Positions 12,366 to 23,829 of a DNA stretch of 64,000 nt are shown here, piece after piece. Source of the stretch: Vicugna vicugna. Its lineage: Eukaryota. Position numbers and translations under genes: made by a program. Where the stretch lies: NCBI GenBank assembly GCA_013265495.1, contig MU058198.1, positions 6,277,779 to 6,341,778 on the forward strand, read 5' to 3'. Numbering within the stretch: the stretch's first letter is position 1; each line of letters starts with the position of its first letter. Under the pieces are notes generated by a model that was not told where the DNA came from, did no database searches, and was given only the letters and a program-made list of their open reading frames with translations.

Positions 12366-12489
12366 TATACATTTCTATGTGCTTAGAGTAGCACATTATA
12401 AGCTCTATTTAAGCATTCATAATTATTAATGAAAAGATAAAGCTGCTTAATGCAAAAGAAGTGTCTAAAAGGCTACACTAGTTAAAAGC

Positions 12490-13215
12490 ATCCAGGTCTT
12501 GATGCAGAGGTGACATGTGAGCTAAATTCTAAGTGACAGAAAGGAGTCAACTAGGTGAAGAGCTGGATGAAGAGAAATCTATGCACGGCAAGTGCAAAGG
12601 CCCTGCAGTGGGAACAATCTTGCTTTATGTTTTGTTCCTGTAACTGACAGGCCAGTATGGCTGGAACTTCAGAGAGTTTTAAGTAAGAGTGTAGACTAAT
12701 TCAATTTACATTGCAGATTACTCTGGCTGATGGGTTGAGAATGGGTTTTTTGGCTTAACAAGTACTTCCTGGTGGCTTGTTTTGTGCAAGGCAGTGTAAC
12801 AAGTATTTGGAAGGATTCAAAGATGAACCTCACATTAAGAAACTGAAATCTAGAAAAGGCAGTGAGCCAGGACATCAGGACTCAACAATTTAGAAAGTGA
12901 TGTGTGCTGATGGAGAGGTGCAGGTGAAAGCTGGGGGAGCTTGCGGGTGAGGGAGCCTGGACCTTAAACAGTGGCAGGGAGAGAGAGAGGCTACTCCAGG
13001 TAGAGGGAACAGAGTGAGCAAAGGCACAGACGTGGGGAAGAGGAGACAGTTGAGGGCAGTTTTACAGTCCAATCAACCTAGAGCACAGGATGCCTTCACC
13101 TGCAGCCAGAGAGAGACAGTGGAGCCAGATTGTGGGAAATCTTGGGTGCCAGGTGAGAATTTGAACATTCCTCTCAAGGCAGTGGAGAACTATTCACAAA
13201 GTTTTGAAGAAATGA
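12490..13215 (-). mobile_element. L2 LINE fragments
   Basis: gaggtgacatgtgagct, gtgcaaaggccctg, gagggaacagagtgagcaaaggcacaga. Confidence 0.7.
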
Positions 13216-13264
13216 GTATTAAGCCATCTGTTTTTCTGCATATTGACAAAACTTACTGCTGTCT

Positions 13265-13920
13265 TCTTTTAGTTGTTCCAGAAAACACAACCCAAATAGG
13301 CTTAAACAAACAGAAAAAATCACTTATCAGCTGAAAAGTATAAAGGCAGGTCTAGCTTCAGGCACAGCTAGATTCAGGACTTTGTTCTCTACCTTTTGGC
13401 TCCACCTGCCACTTTGTGACTTGGGTCTCAGGCTCCTTGCAGTAGCAAGAAAGCTGCTGGCAGCCTCCAAGCCAGTGGAGTGCTGGCAAGTCAACTCTCA
13501 GGGGAAAAAAGTTTCCTGATTCGTGGCAAATACTTGCACTGTGGCTGATTTTGAGCTATAAGTGTGATGTCACTGAATGTCAAGTTGACTTATGCAAAAT
13601 GAACTCTCAAGGACACAGGAAGCAGCCCCAGCACAACCAGGCCTATATCCTACCACCTTCAAATCCATGGACACAACACCCTTCCCCAGGGGTTGCAGCA
13701 AATATTTCATTACATCTCATAACTCTGTGCCTCTGTGTGGTCATGGGTCCATCTCTTGACCCATCGCCATGATGAGGGGACTATGATGGTATAAGCCCAA
13801 TCTCATATTCCATCCTCAGCCCCAAAGCAGACAGCCTGAGCACAGGAAGGGACTGATGTCCAAGAGAGATAAACGGCATATGGTTACCAAAAGAAGGCAA
13901 CCATGCTGGGTGTGAAACAA
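13265..13920 (-). mobile_element. MaLR LTR (MLT1J/K-like)
   Basis: ttagttg..cagaaaacacaacccaaataggcttaaac, gcttcaggcacagctagattcagg. Confidence 0.65.
13473..13640. mobile_element. MER63-type hAT-Blackjack MITE nested in the MLT1
   Basis: cagtggagtgctgg start and ccagcacaaccag end resemble the MER63 inverted termini. Confidence 0.55.
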
Positions 13921-16900
13921 ACATGATAGATTGTTAGGCTCAAATGAGAAAATGGCCATGCAAACTTTCTGTAAAGTGAGTAGTCCTGCGTAAGCTTCCT
14001 AACTTGCTAGACACTTTTATTCTTAGTCTGGTGCTCCAAGCTGCTGATACATCTGACTTAAAGTCCCATAAAATGCTATAGGAGACACCGCTGGGAGCGT
14101 GTGGTCTTGAGATGAACTAGTCACCACTCTCTTTTCTTTACCCATGGCAGGCATTGCTAACGGATCACAGCACTCTCCCACAGAGCCTGGGCAAAGCTCA
14201 CAACCCTTCTCCACACAGCTGTCCAGGCAGACACTACCTAGTGAACAGAGAAGGGATGGAAGATGAAATCCTTTTGTTATCCTTGAACTAGTCCACTTCT
14301 GTCATGAGCCAGGGTGGAAACAGGCCCAGAGAGGGGTGCAGCTGGTCCATTTCACTGGGTAAGTCATCAGCAGAGCCTGGGGGTGCCCCAAGTCTTCCAA
14401 CTCCTAAAGGTCGTATCCACGATGACGCATATGGAGGGATGGGTCGGGGGCAAAGAAGGATTGAGGCTATGGAGATGCCCAAAGTGGTGATAGCTTCCCA
14501 CCACGATTAGAATAAACTCCAAATTCCCTACTGTAGCCTTCAAGACTTTCCATAAGCTGACCCCTGACTTCTTCTCTGACTTCATCACCTACATCTCTCC
14601 CTTCGCCCTCCATGTCCTGACCATTCTGTCTTCTTGTTCCTCAAAACGTATCAATCTCAGCTGTTCCTCAGTGCCTTTGAAAGATTTCCCCAAGGGGAGA
14701 CAAAGACCAGCATCTCCAGGCTAACATCCCACCAGCTTAGCCCACAAACCCAGCAGAAGGTGGGCTCCACTTTTCCACTAAATGCAGCACAACCCCCAGG
14801 CCTATCTCATAGCCTAGCGGAATCCAGGACCCATTATGGCAGCCAAGAAGATGGAAAACTGGCTGGCCAGACCTGGATCCTGGATCCCTTGGAGAGTAGA
14901 ATCAGCCTCATCCTGACCACACAGGCTGACAGTGATGGAGAGGCGGTTGCCCATGGGTACACCACAGTACACTGGCAAAGGAAGGGGAGACAGGCCCCCC
15001 CCATGACTCTCTAGTTGATCACATAGAGCCCACATCATTTGGTTTTCACCTGGAGGGAACCTAAGACACAGGGTGTTCAGATGCCTATTTATTTTCCTAG
15101 AACCAAGAACAAACGGTGCAGAAGTGAGTGGATTTATCTCATTTCTCTTGATAAAGGTCCCTCTTACTCCATGCCAATGGCATATTCAGAGAGGGCTGAA
15201 CTGGAGAAATATTGAAGAATCTCGACTAGGGGAAGGGACCTCTTAAGCTATGGCCAAAATGTCTTCCTTTGAGGCATATTGAGGCCTTCCATTGCCATTG
15301 TACTTGAAAAGGATCAAAAAAGATCTCTCATTGTCTTATTGTAAGCCACCCCCAAGCCCTGAATGAATGCTGAATAGCCAACATTCATATTTACACTCTT
15401 GTAAAATTCAGGCTTAGCGGTGCCATGATCAATTAGCAATATCTGCCGTGGGCAGCAGAGTGGGGAACAGTGGCACGCCTGCTGTGTATTTGCTGGCCTT
15501 AATCTGCGAACTTTCTTGGACTCTAGCATTGCCGCCTAAGGCCAAAAAGACCCCACCTGGACCTGAGCTGTCAGCACACCAGGCTGACTTAATTAAAGTG
15601 CATAGAATTACTAAGTCATTATTTAACGGATCTAAAGAGTTTCCTGGAGCCCTTGGGAACAGGTACCACCTCCAGGGGAACTGCTGTGTTCCATGTCCTC
15701 TGTCCTGGCTGTGTGGCTCTCTCTCCTTTATCATCTCTCCTGCTGCAAGTGTTTTCCCCATTTGCTAACTGATCTTGCAAAACGGGAATGAGACGTGCTT
15801 TGCTCAGGAAAATGCACAGCAGCCCAAGGAGCGTGGGCCGGCCCCTGGGTACAGCCGCCATGCTGGGGAGCCGCTGTTCATCACCGCATGATCCTGTCAC
15901 CCTCCCGGCAGCAGCCTGCAGGAACCCTGTGATGGGCTGAAAAGCCCTCAGGGAACCTGTAATTAAATCCCAGAAGATTGCCAATTCTCCTTCTGGTGAG
16001 GGGAGAAAAGAGCAAGGCACAGCAGGCGTGTCCAGACAGGGCTGAGTAGAGACAGCCAGCCAGGGACAGAGGCAGCCTGGGCTGCAGTGGCCAAGAGCAG
16101 GCAACGTGGGGAGCTGGGGATATGTTTAGTCAGAGGGAATGAGGGGCCAGATGGAAGCAGGTGATTTCTAGCCAGGCCCAGGCTGAGAAGGACTGGAAAC
16201 TTTTTACATTCTGTCAGAGGGAAAGAAATCAGCCCAGGTCCTTACGCATTCTAAAATTCTACTACCCATCAATCCACCTGGTGAACAAACATTTGCTGTG
16301 ACCAGAGCCACTTTTGAAAGCATAAATCCAGTTGTAACATTCCCCTGCTCCCAACTCAGGCCTGATGATCTGCTGATTTGTACCAGTACAGCCATTCTGA
16401 TAGTCCAAATACTGAAATACTTTCATACAGTTCATATCAGTTCATACAGGTGACCAGTTGCTATCTTGAGCACCACTCCCCACGCCCCGACAGCTGTCCC
16501 CTCTACCCACATACACTGCCCTCACCTGTCTCCAAGACCCTTAGTTTTCCCTTCAAAGACTTGCTCCAGCACCATGGCCAGCATCTGTTCGTATGATTGG
16601 TGGCCAGCAGGCTGTTAAAAAAGATTTTGAGTATCATTCACTGCCACTTAAAGTCCATAGCCTTTCATCTGGCCTATTCATTTACACTCTCGCCCCTACT
16701 AACTTCTCCAGCCTTTGCTCCCACAACACAATCACCATGAACCCCAGCTACATAAATTCCTCACCATTCCCCGAGCAAGACAAAACAAGACACATTTTCT
16801 CTACCTAGATTTCTATCTCCCTCATCTTTCCTTCAAAACTCCTACTCACCCCTCACAACCTTCTCAATGCTGCCCAGTTCATATAAGTGAGCTTCCTGCC

Positions 16901-17799
16901 AGTTGAGAAACTGGCTTGATAGCTTGGATTCTGCCCTGTATATAGCCAGATCTCTGTCTTGATTTCTTTTCCAAGTACCTGTTTTGGTGATGTGTCTTAG
17001 ACTGTAGCCCCCATCCTAAGATGAAGACTCTGCCTCGATTGTACCTGTCACCCCCCCTACTTTTTTTTTTTTGGCAGCAGCAAGAGACAGGAAGAAAAAC
17101 CAAGGCATCAGGATGTCACAGTGTCTAATAACTCAGGCCAACCCCCAAAGACCACCAGAAGAGTATCTCCTGCCTTCTCTCCCATCCACTATGTCCTCTA
17201 ATCAGCTGCGGTAATGAGCAGAACATAATAAACAAATTCATCAACATTACATTTATTCACCCTTGTTGTGACCATGCCTGTACACATCTCCTTTATCCAT
17301 CATCCAACCCTCCCAACCTTGAAAATGACTTATTTCTCTCTCCTCTGCACTACTCTGGTTCTTCTATCTCTCTTGTGGCCACAAGAATGTCAAAACTGCA
17401 TTTTCCCCCTCTTCATCATGCCTGTGTCTCCAAGTATCTTGCCGCACAAGATATTTGTCTATTTCCATTGATCCCATAGAGTCTGTTCCCATCAACACAT
17501 GCCTATAAGATATTTCCCAACATATAATTATACTTTTTTCCTTCACATACCTATACCCAAATACATTTTTATACTTACTACTTAACCTAATAAGTTTCCC
17601 TACTCGATTACAATAGATTGGCCCCCAGTCAATATTACTGATCACCTCTAGGGGAAGATGGGACTCTCTGATGCAGAAGCTGACCTGGATTCTCAGTCTC
17701 TGTGACTCCCTGCCATCTCCTTTCCCTTTGTTCACTGTGTATTCTGCTTTCTCTCATGATGCGAGCCTTCAGCATTGCCCAGTGGATAGCTCCCCACAC

Positions 17800-17985
17800 C
17801 ATTTGCCCCAGAGTTCGGAGTCCAAGGGTGGATGGCACCCCACATACTAGCTCTGTGACCTTATGCAAGTCACCAAACCTCTCTGGGCCTCAAGCTCCTC
17901 AAAGCAAAATAGTAATAATAATATTACTTTCTGCAGAAGAGTGTGTGATGATTAACTCAGTTTAATGCAGAGAAGTGTTTAATGT
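17800..17985 (+). mobile_element. MIR SINE
   Basis: tactagctctgtgaccttatgcaagtcaccaaacctctctgggcctca. Confidence 0.8.
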
Positions 17986-18034
17986 TTAAATTTATGAATA
18001 TAGTATTTATAAAGTTCAATCTATAGGAGCAGAT

Positions 18035-18062
<28 letters not shown>
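18035..18062. repeat. (TA)14 microsatellite, followed by TA/TG low-complexity sequence to ~18255
   Basis: direct read. Confidence 0.95.
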
Positions 18063-18067
<5 letters not shown>

Positions 18068-19104
18068 CCGTGTATATATACACAAACATATAAATACATC
18101 ATTATACATTTAGTATATACCATATATACTTATTGAACTATGTAAAAAACTACATACCATTATAGTACACAATATACTATACTTTATGAAGTAAATTTAG
18201 TATAACATATGTATGTGTGTGTGTGCATGTATGTGTGTGTGGGTGGGTATACACACATTACTAAAGGTAGCATGAAATGGGGGTAGAAATGAACAAATTT
18301 ATTATGCTAACAGCTATCATCATTGTTTGAATTATTTTCTTCTGATCTTTTTCTCATTTGCATACATTTTTTACATCATGCTGGACCTACAGTTTTGTGT
18401 CTTGAGTTTTGAGCATAAATAACATTATAAATGTTGTTTCACGTGAACAAGGCACAATCGTTCAAGGGTAATATCACAGGCTCACCCCACAGCAGCACTC
18501 ACGGGAGGGAGGTGAGAGATTCTACCCATCCAGGGAGGTGGGATCCACAGAACCAGCGGTGTTTTCATGTTAGGACAGGGGCCAAGGGGCAGGGGGTGAC
18601 AAGATGAATGATGGCATCATTAACCAAGCCAGCAAAGAGGCAAAGGTAAAGAATATGACCCCACCTGCAGCATGCATACAGTCCTGGATTTCCAGGTTAC
18701 GTGCCAGCACCTCGAATGGTGACAGTGAAGAGCAGCCCAAGAAGTCCCAACAAAAATGCACTTATGCCAACATCAGAAGGGAAGGGGAAAATCAGCTGAA
18801 TGAAATGGTGTGTATTGTTAAAGTTCCGGAGGCATTCTCCGTGAAAGTTTTTCTGCATCAGTTGAAGTGGAGCTTCTAATTGGATTTCAATAAAACAGGC
18901 TTCTGGAATATGAAACAGAGAAAAGGAATGACAAAGCCTTGTCTACGATTATGGTCCCATCTTCTCCAAGGAAAGGCTCTGGACATTAGACGAGCACATG
19001 GGAAGCTATCGCTGAAGGTTTCCACAATTGCCTGACCACAAGTCAGCCTGGACTCAGTTGTGGCTCTATAAAGTGCGGGAGGAGTATCTATTTATGTGTT
19101 CTCT

Positions 19105-19360
19105 CCTGTATTCATTCATTCACCCACAAACACTTACAAAGTGTGCAGTATGTGCCAGGCTAGAAACAGAGCCGTGAGCCAAGTGGTGATCAAGTCCCTG
19201 CCTTTGCAGAGCTTGTGGTCGGTCTGGTGGGGGATGCAGTTAAGTACAAAACAGCTGATACAATGCTTTGACAGGGAATCTCAGTGGAGAAGCAATGAGC
19301 TGGAAGATCTCTGGGGCAAGGACTGAAGGGTGAGAGGGAGTCGCTTAAGTAGAAGGAGCA
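19105..19360 (-). mobile_element. L2 3' end
   Basis: ttcattcattcacccacaaacacttac..tatgtgccaggc, aagtccctgcctt. Confidence 0.7.
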
Positions 19361-19384
19361 CAGAAGCTTGACAGAAGCTTGACA

Positions 19385-19570
19385 TCAGTGAAGTGCCTAC
19401 TACGTGAGCAGGTAATTATCTCCCATATAATGATCACAACAATCCTGTGAGGTGGCTGTTAACTGCTATCCCTGCTTTTCAGATAAGGAAACTGAGGTTC
19501 TAAAAGTTAAGAAATATGTCAGAGACTGACAACAAACCCAAGCCCTTGACCTCTACACCAAGCCACCTGC
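19385..19570 (-). mobile_element. MIR SINE
   Basis: gtgcctactacgtg, cacaacaatcctgtgaggt, cagataaggaaactgagg. Confidence 0.8.
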
Positions 19571-19589
19571 TCATTCAACCTTTTTTACC

Positions 19590-20230
19590 CACCCAGATGA
19601 CTATGGTAGCCTCCTAATAAGTCTTCCAATGCTGACTGGGATGCCCCTTCAATCCACTCCCCACACAGCAGCCAGAGGGATCTTTTGAAAATGCAAATCT
19701 GACCTTGTCACCTCCCACCAGGATCCTTCAATGGCTTCCCTCACTGTTCAGATGGAGGAAAGACTTCTCACTATGGACTTTAAGGCCCTATGCAGGCCTG
19801 GTCCCCGCCATGTCTCCACACTCACCCTCTCTGTTCTCCACCCACACTGGCCTTTTCTCAGACCCCCTGCCAGTGCCAGCTTCCTTTATACCACAGAGCC
19901 TTTGCACATGGTTTTCCCTGCTTTGAGCACTCTTCCTCACCTTCAGCCCCACCAGGCTCCTATCTTGGTTGGCTCACAGCCATCCTTCAGCCCGTCTATC
20001 ACCTCCTCCAGGACACTCTCTCTGACTTCCCAATCTAGGGGAAACCCTAGGTGCAGCCACAGTGGAAAATCAGTGCCTTATCATAATTTCCTTAATGCAT
20101 AAGTCATCCTTTTATTCATGTTTGTCTCCTCCAGCAGACTATGAGCTCCACAAGGGGAGAGGGTCTCCCTGAGCACCTCTCACAGTTCCTGAGGACATAG
20201 GCTCTCAGTAATACTTATTCAGTGGGTGAG
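19590..20230 (+). mobile_element. L2 LINE 3' region
   Basis: cacagcagccagagggatcttttgaaaatgcaaatctgac, gcctttgcacatg, agactatgagctcca. Confidence 0.85.
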
Positions 20231-20452
20231 GATCTCTATCACAGCCAGCGTGTGCCAGCCCCATGGACTTCACATGCACCGCCCATTTTCACTCTCACAA
20301 AAACCCTATCAGGCAGGAATTCCTATTAGGCCCACTTGATAGATGGGGAAATGGGCCCAGAAGCCAGGATCAAGATCACAAACAGAAGTGAGTCCCAGAA
20401 GGTGGATTCTAGTCCCAGCCCATCTGACCCCAAAACTGTCTTCCTACCCAAA

Positions 20453-20570
20453 TCTACCTATCTCCTCAATACACAGTAAAAAACAAAAAACAAAAAACAA
20501 AAAACAAAAAACAAAAAACAAAACTCTACCTGTCTCCTCAATACACAGTAAAAACCAAAAAACAAAAAAC
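20453..20570. repeat. Tandem duplication of a 25-bp head plus (A6C)n microsatellite
   Basis: tctacct[a/g]tctcctcaatacacagt at 20453 and 20525, each followed by aaaaaac units. Confidence 0.95.
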
Positions 20571-21102
20571 CCCAGCATCTGTGAAGCTGGTGCCCCCGAG
20601 GGAGACTCTGATTAAGTGTCTGACCTGGTCCTTCCCAGTCCCTTCACCCCTGAGCCCAGTTCTGAGGCAAATAAAACCCTCGTGAGTAGAGAGAAAAACA
20701 AAGACCAAGGCTCCATGTGTCAGGTCCACCTCGCGCCAGGGAGAGGCCTCTAATTGGATTCCATTCAGCCAAACTGAAGCCGCCTGCTGACACTAGGATG
20801 GTGGTGGAGGGAGTGACAGAGGCCTGGGTCAGAGGGTCGTTGGAGTGGCCTGAGGCCTGGGCAACAGGAGTTTAACCTCAACGGCTTTGATGCCCATCAG
20901 AAGCCACACTCTGATGAGGTCCACCCTGACCTCCATCCCAGGAGACCCCGACACCAACTCAGAGCTCCAGTTAATACAAGAGACTAGCTAAGGAGTTTAG
21001 AGTCTGCTTATAGATTTCTTCTTCTGAACTGGGACATTGAAAAATCTTTCCTAATCATAGAATGATAATACAAGGAGTGAATTAAGGAATGGGGACTGAG
21101 GA

Positions 21103-21260
21103 AAGTGGTTCTCAGCTCTGGCTGCCAGAGGAGCATTTAAAAAATAAGGGTGCTAGGGTCTTAGCTCAGGTCTGAATCCGCCCAGGTAGGGCCTAAGTGC
21201 CTGTATTTCTTAAAATCTCCCCAGGTGGTTCTAACATGAAGCCAGACTTGAAAATCACTG
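21103..21260. mobile_element. MER5A-type MITE
   Basis: agtggttctcag start, ctccccaggtggttctaa..ttgaaaatcactg end. Confidence 0.75.
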
Positions 21261-21307
21261 CAGCAGAGACTAAATGGCCCCTCGGAGGGGCAGAGATGTG
21301 AAATCAT

Positions 21308-22305
21308 AGTGTGAGGGGTGGAATCACCCAGTCCATCTGTTACTGAGTCCAAGCTTGTACTGCTCGCCCCACAACAGGCCAGTAAATCGAGAGACAGGTT
21401 ATGGGGGCAAGGAGTAGCGACTTTATTTGGAAAGCCAGCAGACCCAGAGACGGTGGACTAGTATCCCAAAGAACCATCTTGCCTTTACTAAAAGGGGAGG
21501 GAGTAAAGTCAAACATTTCCTGTTTCCAGTTAGCCTCCAAAACGGATGTGTTCATTTCTTCCTCCCTGCAGTCATTCATAGGTGGGCCTGGTTAGGATGT
21601 TTCCTCTGAGCAAAGGTATTTTAGCTTAACGCTCATTACCTGGGAGGCAGGGTTCCCAGAGATGGGCCATTATGTATAATTTAAACTTATAGGCAACATC
21701 CTTTTATTGATTAACTTGTAGCAAAAGCAAAAGAATGCAAAGGTTAAAGTAAAAGAAACAGATCCAACCTGGATTCAGACTTGTTATTACCCATCCTTCT
21801 TTCTCCTGGTAATAGCTGCCTGGTTTTCCTTAGGAAACTGCCCTTCCTGTATCCTCAGCTTATGGTTTGGGACAGTCTCACTGCTGGCCCCAGGAATGGT
21901 CACATGATACAAGCCTAGCTGATCAGAGTTTCACATCTCCCTAATGACAGTGATTGATCCAGGAAGGCTAAGTAGCTGAAGTCATTCCACTGAGAATCAG
22001 CTTGGGGCTTCTGGGGGTGCTGCTGAGGAAGAAAAGTTGTCTTTCTTCTGGGATTGCTATGTATGGTCAGTCATTGTGCCATCTCCTGAAAAGAGTCAGC
22101 CTGATAATGGAGACATAAGAGAGGAACTACAAAGCCAAGAGCTGAAAAGAAGATGATCGATTTCAGAGATGTCATGTGAGTCCTGGATCCAGCCATGCCT
22201 GAAGGATGATTTTTTCAGTTACTTGGGCCCATAAATTCTGTTTTTCCTTTCAGCCTGTCTGAGTTGTATTTCTGTCATATTTGGTTTTTCAAAGTCTTGA
22301 TGGCT
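21308..22305 (+). mobile_element. MaLR solo LTR (MLT1K/L-like), interrupted
   Basis: ggtcacatga, cagtgattg, cctggatccagccatgcctgaag, gagttgtatttctgtca. Confidence 0.7.
21338..21790 (-). mobile_element. ERV1-class solo LTR
   Basis: begins tgttac, ends gttattac, flanked by ccatc/ccatc (21333-37, 21791-95); antisense poly(A) signal tttatt at ~21422. Confidence 0.8.
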
Positions 22306-22654
22306 GCAGTTGGGATCGGTATGTCTGCTCCATGGTGAGCTTTGTGAGGTGAGGACAGATTCCATTCCACATGCCCAGGGCACCCAGCACAGCATGAGAG
22401 AATGAGGAATGGGTGGGCAGGGTCCCAGATCCCTGCTCTCCTCCACCACACCCTCTTTCTTTTCTGCTCTCCTCTACCACACCCTCTTTCTTTCCTGCTC
22501 TTATGTGTCTCCTACAGCCCAGATCACACATCAGAAAAGACCCTCTGCAAGGAAGCAGTAGCCACACCCTGCATAGCCGGCCACCCCTAAGTGTGCAGTA
22601 CATACCATGCTGCATTTTAGAGATCTGGGTTTGAGCCCAGCTGCACCTCTTGAC

Positions 22655-22736
22655 CAGGGCTGGGACTTGCATGCCTCTGAGAGTGAGGGTCTCCTTAAAT
22701 TTTGTACCTTTGGCCCCTCATCTCAGTTCCAGCCTG
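22655..22736. mobile_element. MER96-type hAT-Tip100 MITE inside a MIR
   Basis: cagggctgggact ... ctccttaaattttg ... agttccagcctg; MIR sequence on both sides. Confidence 0.65.
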
Positions 22737-22849
22737 TTCCTGTGACTTTGGGCAGGTAACAGGATGGCTCTGAACCTCCGCGTTCTCATGTACAAACTAT
22801 AGTAGTTTTACAGAGTGCCTACTAGGTGTCAGGAGCCACTCTTTGTGCT

Positions 22850-23250
22850 TTTCTGTAATGCCTTGCTGACCCCACGTGGTTGGTTCCCTCATCCTCTTTG
22901 GGCCTTTATTCAAATGAGCCTTCCTCCAACCACCCTCTCCCACTTCCCTCTTGAACACTTAACATCACCTAAACACTCTACCTGCTACATGTTCATTTCT
23001 TGTCTGACTCCCCACTGGAACGTGAGCTGCAGGAAAATAGAATTGTTTTCTTTATATATATAGTATTCTTTTTTTAACGGAGGTACTGAGGATTGAACCC
23101 AGGACCTCTTGCATGCTAAGTGTGTACTCTACCATTAAGCTATGCCCTCCCCTCTAGAATTGTTTTCTTTTTATTCACTGCTGCATCCCAGGGCCCAGCG
23201 TACGCCCAGCACACAGTGGGTGCTCAATCAGTGTTTGTTGACTGAATGAA
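22850..23250 (+). mobile_element. L2 3' end (host of the SINE below)
   Basis: ccccactggaacgtgagct, ttcactgctgcatcccagggcccag, gcacacagtgggtgctcaatcagtgtttgttgactgaatgaa. Confidence 0.85.
23054..23154 (-). mobile_element. Camelid tRNA-Ala-derived SINE (vic-1 type)
   Basis: reverse complement reads ggggagggcatagcttaatggtagagtacacacttagcatgcaagaggtcctgggttcaatcctcagtacctcc + A-rich tail (A box, B box); perfect 16-bp TSD tagaattgttttcttt at 23038-53 and 23155-70. Confidence 0.92.
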
Positions 23251-23829
23251 CGAGTCCAGTCCTCAGGAGGTCCTGTTATCACCCCTGAGATGATATCATT
23301 ATCTCTAAGAATTTGACGTATAGGAGGCCTCCAGCACATAGTAGGTCCTCAACTGATATGGTTCAGAAATAGTCTTTTCTTGATTTTTGCAACAACCTGA
23401 GAAAGAAGGGCTTGGGGGCACCTCATCAACTGTCTCCCAGGTCACTCATAACACAGCTGGTAATGTGATACCTACTTCTTCATTCGGGTTCTTCGTGGGG
23501 CCAGTCAAGGGAAGACACATTTCCTATCTCAGAGCTGCTAATAAAGGTTAAATAATTAATGCCAAGACAAAGAAGATAAGCTGGACTTCTTGCCGGCTGA
23601 AATCTCCTCCGTGTCCACTGAGGACTCAGCCACATGCACGCCCTGCTCTGACCTCAGCCCAACGTGTCCAAGCAGGTGGCTGGCATGCCACTGCCCCCAG
23701 CCCAGCCCCCTTCCCAGACCCCCTACCTCTTTCTTGTTGGAAAAGCACACAGTGCAAAGGATGTGAAGAGGCAGTTTCCCAAAGCGGAAACCCAAACCTA
23801 AGGGGCATGTGGAGAGACACTCAGATGGA

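Larger units (their letters stand above)
11640..12430 (+). mobile_element. MIR SINE split by an LTR and an L1 tail
   Basis: 5' half cagactctggagccaga..gggttcaaatcc..ggcaagtcacttaa stops at 11740; core tcattttatctgtaaa resumes near 12165. Confidence 0.85.

Noticed and set aside
15411..15543. Possible terminal inverted repeats (ggcttagcggtgccatg / cattgccgcctaaggcc)
   Set aside because: Needs several gaps to pair and there is no TSD; not distinguishable from chance.
19360..19384. acagaagcttg tandem duplication at an L2/MIR junction
   Set aside because: Ordinary short slippage duplication.
23075..23154. tRNA-Ala gene
   Set aside because: A-rich tail, 16-bp TSD and mismatched stems show it is a retroposed SINE, not a functional tRNA.
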